Shown: in pieces, positions 39,590 through 47,648 of the stretch
Numbering within the stretch: position 1 is the first letter of the stretch
Layout of the letters: every line of letters starts with the position of its first letter
Origin: Planctomycetota bacterium
Lineage (GTDB): Bacteria; Planctomycetota; B15-G4; JADJEK01
NCBI GenBank assembly: GCA_044225365.1
Contig: JBGAIQ010000019.1
Span: forward strand, 1 to 64,000
DNA: 64,000 nucleotides
Direction: 5' to 3'
Notes under the pieces: generated by a model
Told to the model about the DNA's origin: nothing
The model's input: only the letters and a program-made list of their open reading frames with translations
Database searches by the model: none
Position numbers and translations under genes: made by a program

Positions 39590-40254
39590 CGGCGGATCCA
39601 GAAGCGCTTCAGTGTGCGGGGGCTGTCCTTCGGGAGTTCGCCGCGTCCATGCACGATCCGCGTGTTGTCGACGTAGAGGCTCTGGCCCGGCTCGAGTCGC
39701 ACGTCGATCCGCGGCGAGGATTCGATCGCGTCGGAGAATCTCCGAAAGGTCTCGCGAACCGCCGGGTCTTCGATCGGAGCGACGTTCCAAGCGGCGTAGT
39801 AGACCCGCGGCCCTCCGCTGTCACGCGAGAGCAGCGGGACGAGCGTCGCGTCGAGGCGGCCGTCGACGTCCGGGCAACGCATCGTGATCTGGCCGAGACG
39901 ATCGCGATCGTCGTCGCTCAGTGAGTCGAGGATCGGCCTGCTGTCGACGAGGCGCGTCGCGCCCCCGATCTCCGCCGCGCGGACGCAATACCACGCGATC
40001 CGATCGACGTAGTGCTGATCCGTATGCAGTCCGAGTTCGCGCGGCGAATGCGCGCCGCGCGGACTGTTGCCGAGCTTGATGTCCTCGATTCGCAGGACGC
40101 TACCCAGGCATCTCCCGAGGTGGTAGAACGACCCGACGCGAATCGGTTGCTCGAGCACGTGGAAGCCGCGAGATTCCAGATCCCGCTCGATCATGGCGAC
40201 CGCTGCGGCGCCATCGAACGGGACTTCGCGAGGAGTGTCGGTCGATGCGGACAT
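39559..40254 (-). CDS. TauD/TfdA family Fe(II)/2-oxoglutarate dioxygenase
   Basis: LHTD facial-triad motif, C...A..GG.T.LVD, DN.RI.HGR, R.L.R; start could extend to 40311. Confidence 0.82.
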   Translation of the reverse strand: MSASTDTPREVPFDGAAAVAMIERDLESRGFHVLEQPIRVGSFYHLGRCLGSVLRIEDIKLGNSPRGAHSPRELGLHTDQHYVDRIAWYCVRAAEIGGATRLVDSRPILDSLSDDDRDRLGQITMRCPDVDGRLDATLVPLLSRDSGGPRVYYAAWNVAPIEDPAVRETFRRFSDAIESSPRIDVRLEPGQSLYVDNTRIVHGRGELPKDSPRTLKRFWIRRHLAGGDLVH

Positions 40255-40345
40255 CACGATGTCGTATCCTCTCGGAATCTTCTCGCTTTCGTCGGCGACT
40301 CGGAGCGGCATTCGACATGACCAACGAACGGGGCAGCGAGCGCAA

Positions 40346-40852
40346 ATGAGCTACTCCACTCCATACCACGAACACGGCGTTCCCATCGACTCCGAGTTCT
40401 GTCGCGGCTCGAACACGGCGCGCAAGGCGCGACACGTTCTCGAGGATTCGCGCAGATTGCTGGGTTGCGACGAGGCCGCTCTCTGGGTGTTCAGCAAGGA
40501 CAACCAGAATCTCGTCGCCGCGCTGAATCACGGCAAGCACGAGAAGAGCGTCGAGGGACTCGAGGTCCAGATCCGCGGTTCGCTCGTCGGGCTCGTCGCA
40601 ATGACGGGCGAGGGCATCTGCGTAGGGCCCGATGCGAACTACAACCCGGAGGTCGCCCGCGCCCTCGACGTCAAGACGTACGCGATGGTCGCCGCCGCCG
40701 TCGTGGTCGACGACGAGATCTGTGGCGTGATCTCCGCGGTCAACCTGTACGGGACGACGGAGTCGATCTTCACCGTCGAGCACCTGCGTGCGGTGCAATG
40801 GGCGGCGTACGTCATGGGTCTCGTGCTCTCGGATTGCAAGAAGCGTGATTGA
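40346..40852 (+). CDS. Stand-alone GAF domain protein
   Basis: GSLVGLVAMTGEGI...MVAAAV......GVISAVN.....FT.EHL GAF pattern; stop overlaps the S8 gene start. Confidence 0.8.
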   Translation: MSYSTPYHEHGVPIDSEFCRGSNTARKARHVLEDSRRLLGCDEAALWVFSKDNQNLVAALNHGKHEKSVEGLEVQIRGSLVGLVAMTGEGICVGPDANYNPEVARALDVKTYAMVAAAVVVDDEICGVISAVNLYGTTESIFTVEHLRAVQWAAYVMGLVLSDCKKRD

Positions 40853-41636
40853 CGCGCCGCTCACCGACGACGAATTGACCGCCGCGACCGGCGAGGGAAT
40901 TCGGGTGCTCGTGATGGACTCCGGAATCGAGTCCGATCACCCGACGCTCGTCGGCCGCGAGATCCCGAACTTCGAGGTCCTGCCGTTCCCGATCGGCGCC
41001 GACGTCACGTATCGAGTCCAATCGGCGCCCGGCGGCGATGCGTTCGGGCACGGAACCGCCGTCGCTTCCCTGCTCGTCGCGCATGCGCCAGGCGTGAAGA
41101 TCGAGAGCTTGCGGATGCTCGACGCCGATCGTCAGGGCAGTTCCGAGCGCGTCCTCGCCGGGCTGCGCTGGGCGATCGAGCGGCGCTTCGACATCGTGAA
41201 CTGCAGCTTCGGCACCTTCGGTCCGTCGACGACCAAGTTCCTCGCCTCCTACAAACGAGTCGTCGACATCGCATTCTGTGAGAACGTGCTGCTCATCGGC
41301 GCGTGCTCGAACTCGGACCATCGACTGACGTCGCTCCCGGCCTCGTTCCCGACCGTGCTCTCGACCGATGCCGGACGGATCGAGGATTCGCCGCTGCCGA
41401 AGGTGAAGCGACGCAAGGGACAACTCGTCGAGTTCGTGACGCGCGGCGTCGACGTCTCGGTGTCCTGGAAGGATGGCAGTTCGCGCCTCGTAACGGGTAG
41501 CAGCTTCGCTGCCCCGCACCTCGCGGCGCTCGTCGCCCGCATCCGACAATTGCGACCGCATTGGAATGCTTGCGAGATGAAGGCGGAGTTGTACCGTCGA
41601 TCCGAGCCCGTCACGGCCGCGGACGACGCCGACTGA
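40845..41636 (+). CDS. Small S8 subtilisin-like serine protease (no signal or propeptide)
   Basis: Catalytic triad motifs VMDSGI, GHGTAVA, TGSSFAAPH. Confidence 0.88.
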   Translation: MIDAPLTDDELTAATGEGIRVLVMDSGIESDHPTLVGREIPNFEVLPFPIGADVTYRVQSAPGGDAFGHGTAVASLLVAHAPGVKIESLRMLDADRQGSSERVLAGLRWAIERRFDIVNCSFGTFGPSTTKFLASYKRVVDIAFCENVLLIGACSNSDHRLTSLPASFPTVLSTDAGRIEDSPLPKVKRRKGQLVEFVTRGVDVSVSWKDGSSRLVTGSSFAAPHLAALVARIRQLRPHWNACEMKAELYRRSEPVTAADDAD

Positions 41637-41711
41637 GGTCGCTGCGCGTGATGATCGAATTCGTTTCGATCGCGATTCAGGACCGATGGGGCGGGCAGGA
41701 GCGACCTCGAA

Positions 41712-42383
41712 GTGAGTGAAGCCGACGAATCGAAGAAGCCATCTCCATCGCTCGTACGCGCTCGCGGCGAGCCCTCGCTCGCAGAGTCCGCGCGCGAGTG
41801 GGATGCGTTCTTCACGAGCGGCAGGTATCGCGAGGAATGGCACCTCGATCAGGCGTCCCCCGAACTCATGTGCCTGCTCGCAGCGGGGATCGTCGTGCCG
41901 CCAGGGCGCGCGCTCGACCTGGGTTGTGGAGGTGGCACGGAGGCCGTGCATCTCGCGCAACAGGGTTTCACGGTGACGGCCCTCGACGTTTCGGGCGAGG
42001 CACTTGCGATGACTCGGCGGCTCGCGGCGCGGCGCGGCGTCAAGCTTGCAACGCTTCAGGCCTTCGTGCCGAGAACCGAGCTCCCCGACCAGTCCTTCGA
42101 CTTCATCAATGATCGCAGCTGCTTCCACGCCATCGAGCCGAGGCTCGAGGTGCTCACCGCCTACGCCGCGGAGATCCAGCGCATCCTGGTTCCGGGCGGC
42201 GTCCTGTTCATTCGCAGGTTCGGTCAGCCGCAGATCTCCCTCTCGACGTTCTCGTCCGTATTCTCAGAAGAAGCCGGATTCGATCTCGGGCGCGTTCAAG
42301 AGGTCCCCTTCCACGAACCTCATTTTCCCTCGCGAGTCGCCGTGATCCGGTGGCGGGGGAAGAGTGCGTCGCGAGCATCATGA
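41712..42383 (+). CDS. Class I SAM-dependent methyltransferase (TPMT/thiol-MT-like)
   Basis: W....SPEL, GRALDLGCGGG.EA..LA..GF.VTALDVS, FD.I.DRSCFH. Confidence 0.88.
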   Translation: MSEADESKKPSPSLVRARGEPSLAESAREWDAFFTSGRYREEWHLDQASPELMCLLAAGIVVPPGRALDLGCGGGTEAVHLAQQGFTVTALDVSGEALAMTRRLAARRGVKLATLQAFVPRTELPDQSFDFINDRSCFHAIEPRLEVLTAYAAEIQRILVPGGVLFIRRFGQPQISLSTFSSVFSEEAGFDLGRVQEVPFHEPHFPSRVAVIRWRGKSASRAS

Positions 42384-42396
42384 TGGAGGCAGTCGC

Positions 42397-43578
42397 ATGA
42401 GCATCGTCCTCGACCGTCGATCGTCGTCGCAGCCGCAATCGAACGATCCGCGAACCCTCCTTCCGCTCGAGGTGTTCTTCCAGAACATCCGCTACGTGAC
42501 GCTCAAGCTGACGAACGGCTGCAATCTGAAGTGCTCGTACTGCAACGTCGAGGCCGATTCGCCCACCACGCCGAAGATGAAGATCGAGACCTTCAAGAAG
42601 GTCGCGAAGCTCCTCATCGAGAACTCGAAGTTCCCGCAACTCGGACTCGAATTTCACGGCGGCGAGCCGATGCTCCTCCCCGATGCGTGGTACGAAGAAG
42701 CGGTCGGTTACGCGGGAGAACTCGCGAAGAAGCACGGCAAGTTCATTACGCATCCGCTGCAGACGAACGGCACGTTGCTCACGGAGGAACGCGCGAACAA
42801 GCTGATGTCGCTCGGAATCCAGATCGGCTTCTCGATCGACGGTCCGCCCGACATCAATGACAAGATGCGCGGCGCCGGCAAAGCCGTCGAGAAGGTGATT
42901 CGACGCATGAAGTCGCAGGGCCGCGGCTTCGGCTGCCTGCTCGTCCTGAACCGCTCGAACTGCAATCACATGTACCGGGTGATGGACTATTTCCGGGAGA
43001 TCGGGATCGAGAACTACCGGATCAACTTCCTGCAGCCGCAGGGTCGTGGCTTGACGCAGGATCTCCTGACGGCGGAGGAGATGTTCGCGGGTCTCAAGGG
43101 CATCTTCGATCACATGCTCGACACGAATTGCTCGGTGCTCGAGTCGACGACGCAGACGATGGTCCAGCGGTTCGCGATCGGTCGCAATCCGCAGCCGGCG
43201 CTCTCCTGCTGGGAATTCCAGTGTCAGGCCGGCCGCGTCTATTGCGCAATGAACGATCGCGGCGAACTCCACGCCTGCGGCACGGACATGCAGCACCATC
43301 GACTCGGTGACATCGACACGCCACTGAACCGCCCGCACGTGGAGGCGGTGCTGAAGAAGCTTCACCACAAGGACGAGTGGTACGTGCGCTGCTTCGACTG
43401 CAAGGCGCGGCGCATCTGTTCGATGTCGTGCCCGACGAGCGACCACAACGATCTCTTGTATCGCGAACGCGAGTGCGCGTACACCAAGATGATCTACCGC
43501 TACTACGCGGAGAACGAAGACAAGGTGCTGCAGCTCCATGCCCGGCTGCAGCAACTCCGCCCGAATGGGGCGATGTAA
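42397..43578 (+). CDS. Radical SAM/SPASM peptide maturase
   Basis: CNLKCSYC, FHGGEP, QTNG, SIDGP; SPASM Cys array C..C...C...CFDCx5Cx3Cx14C; RBS GGAGG. Confidence 0.93.
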   Translation: MSIVLDRRSSSQPQSNDPRTLLPLEVFFQNIRYVTLKLTNGCNLKCSYCNVEADSPTTPKMKIETFKKVAKLLIENSKFPQLGLEFHGGEPMLLPDAWYEEAVGYAGELAKKHGKFITHPLQTNGTLLTEERANKLMSLGIQIGFSIDGPPDINDKMRGAGKAVEKVIRRMKSQGRGFGCLLVLNRSNCNHMYRVMDYFREIGIENYRINFLQPQGRGLTQDLLTAEEMFAGLKGIFDHMLDTNCSVLESTTQTMVQRFAIGRNPQPALSCWEFQCQAGRVYCAMNDRGELHACGTDMQHHRLGDIDTPLNRPHVEAVLKKLHHKDEWYVRCFDCKARRICSMSCPTSDHNDLLYRERECAYTKMIYRYYAENEDKVLQLHARLQQLRPNGAM

Positions 43579-43641
43579 GCGCGGAATTCCGCGCCTACGA
43601 TGCGAGGGCAGAGGTACTACGTCCCAAAAAGGAGTTTGAAC

Positions 43642-44088
43642 ATGGCTATCGTCCGCAGTGAGGACGGCCGTTTCTTCGACGTCGACGACACGGAACTCGA
43701 CAAGCATGAGATCAAGCCGGAAGACCTCCCGACCGGATCGGTCTACGCCCGCCCGCAAGGTGGGCCCGGGATGGGCGGTCCCGGCGCCGGTGGACCCGGG
43801 ATGGGCGGCCCGCGCGGCGGCGGCGGTGGTCCGGTGCAACTCGTCATCAATCTCGGCGGCGGCGGTGGAATGGGCGGCGGTGCGCCGCAGATGGGCTCCG
43901 GCCCGCAGGCGTCGGGTCCGGTTCAGCGCGGTCAGGGCGGGCAACAGGCCGGCGCGCGCGGTGATGTCCAGGCTCACAATTGGTGCGGCATGCCGTGGCC
44001 GTGGGGCAACTGGCACAACTGGCACAATTGGAACAACTGGAACAACTGGATGAACTGCTGGAACAACTGCTGGCACAACTGCAGCTGA
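43642..44088 (+). CDS. RiPP precursor peptide with Trp/Asn/Cys-rich repetitive core
   Basis: Strong RBS AAGGAG; acidic leader, Gly/Pro linker, then DVQAH-NWCGMPWPWGNWHNWHNWNNWNNWMNCWNNCWHNCS; lies between the rSAM and DUF692 genes. Confidence 0.88.
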   Translation: MAIVRSEDGRFFDVDDTELDKHEIKPEDLPTGSVYARPQGGPGMGGPGAGGPGMGGPRGGGGGPVQLVINLGGGGGMGGGAPQMGSGPQASGPVQRGQGGQQAGARGDVQAHNWCGMPWPWGNWHNWHNWNNWNNWMNCWNNCWHNCS

Positions 44089-44096
44089 GATCCAGC

Positions 44097-44134
44097 GCGG
44101 GGTGCGCCCGGTCGAGCGACCGCGCGCACCCCGC
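44097..44134 (+). terminator. GC-rich stem-loop immediately after the precursor gene
   Basis: GCGGGGTGCGC-c-CGGTC gagc GACCG-c-GCGCACCCCGC; no U-tract. Confidence 0.65.
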
Positions 44135-44185
44135 TCACCTCGAATCCCTCGTCCGTCCAAATCGCCCGGCGCCGAAGAGGTCCTC

Positions 44186-44575
44186 ATGACTCGGGTCTAC
44201 TCTCTCGATGGTCGCGTCTTCGAACTCGACGAATCGATGCTCGCCAAGTCGCAGATGGCGGCCGAAAAGGTGAGTCGCCTGATCGACAAGGACACGTTGC
44301 CCGAGCCGCCGCCGGTCGGCGACTTCCCGCAACAGGGCATTCCGCCGCACATCCAGCAGATGCTCGCGCAAGGGGTCGAACTGCCGATCCCCGAGGAAGC
44401 GCGTCACCTGGTGCGTGCGCGCAGCTTCATGGACGGAACGATCGTCATCGACATCGACGTTCGAGCGCTTCCCGGTTCGTCGGCGTGCGGGGGTCCCGCC
44501 TGTGGGCCCGCTCCGCGCGATCCCGCGGGGCAAACGCGGCCGGGCGAATGCGACTCCGGGGCCCGTCCGGCATGA
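44186..44575 (+). CDS. Precursor-like protein sharing the leader motif
   Basis: RVYSLDGRVFELDESMLAK aligns with precursor IVRSEDGRFFDVDDTELDK; RBS GAGG; stop overlaps MNIO start (ATGA). Confidence 0.75.
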   Translation: MTRVYSLDGRVFELDESMLAKSQMAAEKVSRLIDKDTLPEPPPVGDFPQQGIPPHIQQMLAQGVELPIPEEARHLVRARSFMDGTIVIDIDVRALPGSSACGGPACGPAPRDPAGQTRPGECDSGARPA

Positions 44576-45711
44576 GGCCACGGCTTCCGGCGTACGGAGT
44601 GGGCATCGGCTACCGATACTGCATCCATCGCGAGATCTTGCGCTGCGCGCCGATGATCGATTTCCTCGAAGTCCCGTCGGAGGATTACGTCGAGGACGAT
44701 CGGCGAGCGCGATTCGATCCCGACGAATCCCTGCTGCGCGCCGCGGTCGAACGCTTCCCGTGCGTCGCGCACGGCACGGGTCTCTCGCTCGGCACTGCCG
44801 CGCCGCCGGATGAGAACTATCTGCAGCGGCTCGCGAACTTCGCCGAACGGACGCCGATCGGCGAGTATTCCGAGCACCTGTCGTTCATCCGCGGGATCGA
44901 TCACGAGGTCGATGCGTTCATGGCGCTCCCGTTCACCGACCTCGGCGTCGCGATCGCCGCCGAGAACGTGATGCGTTCCGCTCGAGCTCTCGGCGTCCCC
45001 TTCCTCGTCGAGAACGTGAGCTACTACTTCGCGCTGCCGGAGTCGACGTACAGTGAGGCCGAGTTCATCTCGCGGGTCGCGCAGGCTGCTGATTGCGGCA
45101 TCCTGCTGGATGTCGCGAACCTCCACATCAACGCCACGAATCACCATTACGACCCCGAGGCCTTCATCCGCGCCTTGCCGAAGGAGCGCGTGCTCCATTC
45201 GCATTTCTGCGGCGCGAGCCGAGGTCCGGATCGGTTCCTCTACGACACGCACTTCGAAGTGACGATGCCCGCCGTCTGGCGCATCCTCGATACGGCGTTG
45301 CGGGAGACGGCGCTGCGTGCGCTCGTGTTCGAACGCGATCAGCGGTTCGTTCCGTTCCAGGAGCCGATGGAAGAGATCTTCCAGGCGCGCGAGTTGTTCC
45401 GCCGGCATCGCAAGACCAAGCCATTGCTGCCCGTCACGACGCACTCGCCGGCTCCCGCGGGTGGCGACGATGCGGTCTACTCTCGGGAGTTGCGAAAGCT
45501 CCAGGACGTGCTGTGCCGGTTGTTGACCGACGAGGATCTCGGGCGCGCGGTCGAGCGCGAGGGTGAAACCGCGCTCGTCCACACCGGGATCGACCGCGAT
45601 TCGCGGCGCATCCTCGCCGCGATTCCGGGCGTCGCGCGCGAGCGCATCGGCCGGCGGCTGCGCGAGCGGCTGCGAAAGGGTGGGCGCTCCAACGTGGAAT
45701 CGTTGCCATGA
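44572..45711 (+). CDS. DUF692 family multinuclear non-heme iron oxidative enzyme (MNIO) with C-terminal extension
   Basis: GVGIGYR, DFLEV, HG.GLSLG, SEHLSF, LVENVSYY, LLDVANL.IN..NH, H, DTH, ERD. Confidence 0.92.
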   Translation: MRPRLPAYGVGIGYRYCIHREILRCAPMIDFLEVPSEDYVEDDRRARFDPDESLLRAAVERFPCVAHGTGLSLGTAAPPDENYLQRLANFAERTPIGEYSEHLSFIRGIDHEVDAFMALPFTDLGVAIAAENVMRSARALGVPFLVENVSYYFALPESTYSEAEFISRVAQAADCGILLDVANLHINATNHHYDPEAFIRALPKERVLHSHFCGASRGPDRFLYDTHFEVTMPAVWRILDTALRETALRALVFERDQRFVPFQEPMEEIFQARELFRRHRKTKPLLPVTTHSPAPAGGDDAVYSRELRKLQDVLCRLLTDEDLGRAVEREGETALVHTGIDRDSRRILAAIPGVARERIGRRLRERLRKGGRSNVESLP

Positions 45712-47600
45712 CCGAATCGAGAGATCCGGGGCCGCCGCCGGGCATGAAGGACGCGGGACCTCCGAAGGGAGTTGCGGATAGTGGTCCGCCGCCGGGGATG
45801 AAGGACGAACCCCCGGCCGATGGCGGTCCACCGCCCGGGATGATCGACGCCCCGCCGAAGCTGGATCGGGAGACGATCGCGTTCTTCGTACCCTACGTGC
45901 GAAAGCAGCGCGGACGTCTCCTCGCGATCCTCGGCATGCTCCTGTTCTCCGCGCTGATGCCGGTCGCGATGAGCTTCCTGCCGACGAAGCTCGCTCAGAA
46001 TTGGCATCCGGGCGGCGAACACGAAGTCATGAAGTGGCTCGTGGCATTCCTGGCGCTCTCGGTCGTCGCGCTCACGCTCGCGCCCGTCCAGGGTTATCTG
46101 ACGGCGCGCGTCGCGCAGGACCTCGCGTGTGATCTGAAGGGCGCGATCTTCCGCAAGGTCGGCGCGATGTCGAAGACCGCGATGGCGTTCCGGTCGGTCG
46201 GATCGCTCGCGCATCGCAGCTCCGGCGATGTCGCTCATCTCCAGGAGTTCCTCGCCCGCTTCGTGCCCGATGCCGTCGCGAACGTGATCCAGCTCGTGTT
46301 CGTCGTCCTCGCGATGCTCTGGCTGCAGCCGGTCATCGCGATCGTCGGGCTCGTCCTCGTTCCGACGATCTGGTTCATCATGGACCGCTTCAACGCGAAG
46401 GTTCGACTGCTCGCACGCAGTTCGCAGAAACAGAGCGAGTCGTCGCTCACGCGGCTGATCGAGGGCGTCGCGGGGTACATCGATCTCGTCGCCGCCGGAC
46501 GCTTCCCCAAGGCCGCGGACGAATACGTGAGCGTGCTCGACGATCTGCGGCGCACGGCGATCAAGATGACGCTGACGAGTTCGATCGCCGCGCTCATTCC
46601 GAGCATCGCGTTCATGGCGATCACGAACGGCTACTACTTCGTCGCCGCGGCCGACGAGAAAATGCTCGCCGCGACGACGGTCGGATTCGGCCAGGTGATG
46701 ACCTTCGTTTCGCTGATCAACGTCGTGCGCATGCCGATCATGACGCTCGCTCGGTTCTTCACCGAGACCGCGATCGCCGCTCCGAGCTTCCACGAAGTGA
46801 AGAAGCTCCTCGAGTCGCCCGAGGTGTCCGCGCCGACGCACGGCGTGAAGATCGACGGCAGCGCGATCGAGTTCAAGGGCGTGGTATTCAGTTACGGCCC
46901 AGGCTTCCCGCCCGTGCTCGATGGCGTCTCGTTCCGGATTCCCGAAGGGAGCTTCACAGCGATCGTCGGCGAGACCGGGTCCGGCAAGACGACGCTCTTC
47001 CACATGCTGCTGCGGCTCCTCGAGCCGACGAGCGGAGAGATCCGCCTCGGCAACTCGACGCTCGGCGCGATCGCCCTCGAGGATTTGCGGTCGTACGTCG
47101 GATTCATTCCGCAGTCGCCTTTCCTGTTCGATGCGACGATTCGTGAGAACGTCGCGATCGCGCTCGCCGAGAACGAAGTCGATCAGGAGCGATTGCTGCG
47201 GGCCGTGAAGCTCGCGCGGCTGGAGCCCGTCGTCGAGAAGCGCAAATCCCAGGGCGGACTCGATGCCAAGGTCGGCGCCGCCGGCGCGAGTCTCTCGGGC
47301 GGAGAACGGCAGCGCGTCGCGCTCGCGCGCGTCTTCCTGCGCGATCCCAAGATCATCGTCTGCGACGAATACACGGCGAACATCGACAACGCGACGGCGC
47401 GGATCATCCAGGAGTCGATCGCACGCGAATTCGCCGGGCGCACGCGCGTCGTCATCACGCATCAGCTCTACACGATCCGCGGGGCGGATCAGATCCTGGT
47501 GCTCGACCGCGGGCGAATCGTCGATCGGGGCACGCACGAGGAACTCGTCGCGCGCGGCGGGCTGTATCGTGAGATGTGGGAAGTCCAGCGGCTCGCGTGA
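45708..47600 (+). CDS. ABC exporter (fused TMD-NBD)
   Basis: TM domain, Walker A GETGSGKT, LSGGERQR, Walker B IIVCDE, H-loop; no C39 domain; start overlaps MNIO stop. Confidence 0.93.
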   Translation: MTESRDPGPPPGMKDAGPPKGVADSGPPPGMKDEPPADGGPPPGMIDAPPKLDRETIAFFVPYVRKQRGRLLAILGMLLFSALMPVAMSFLPTKLAQNWHPGGEHEVMKWLVAFLALSVVALTLAPVQGYLTARVAQDLACDLKGAIFRKVGAMSKTAMAFRSVGSLAHRSSGDVAHLQEFLARFVPDAVANVIQLVFVVLAMLWLQPVIAIVGLVLVPTIWFIMDRFNAKVRLLARSSQKQSESSLTRLIEGVAGYIDLVAAGRFPKAADEYVSVLDDLRRTAIKMTLTSSIAALIPSIAFMAITNGYYFVAAADEKMLAATTVGFGQVMTFVSLINVVRMPIMTLARFFTETAIAAPSFHEVKKLLESPEVSAPTHGVKIDGSAIEFKGVVFSYGPGFPPVLDGVSFRIPEGSFTAIVGETGSGKTTLFHMLLRLLEPTSGEIRLGNSTLGAIALEDLRSYVGFIPQSPFLFDATIRENVAIALAENEVDQERLLRAVKLARLEPVVEKRKSQGGLDAKVGAAGASLSGGERQRVALARVFLRDPKIIVCDEYTANIDNATARIIQESIAREFAGRTRVVITHQLYTIRGADQILVLDRGRIVDRGTHEELVARGGLYREMWEVQRLA

Positions 47601-47648
47601 GCCGTCGTCGGATACTCCCCGCTTCGCTCTCGTTCCCGGAATCCTCCC

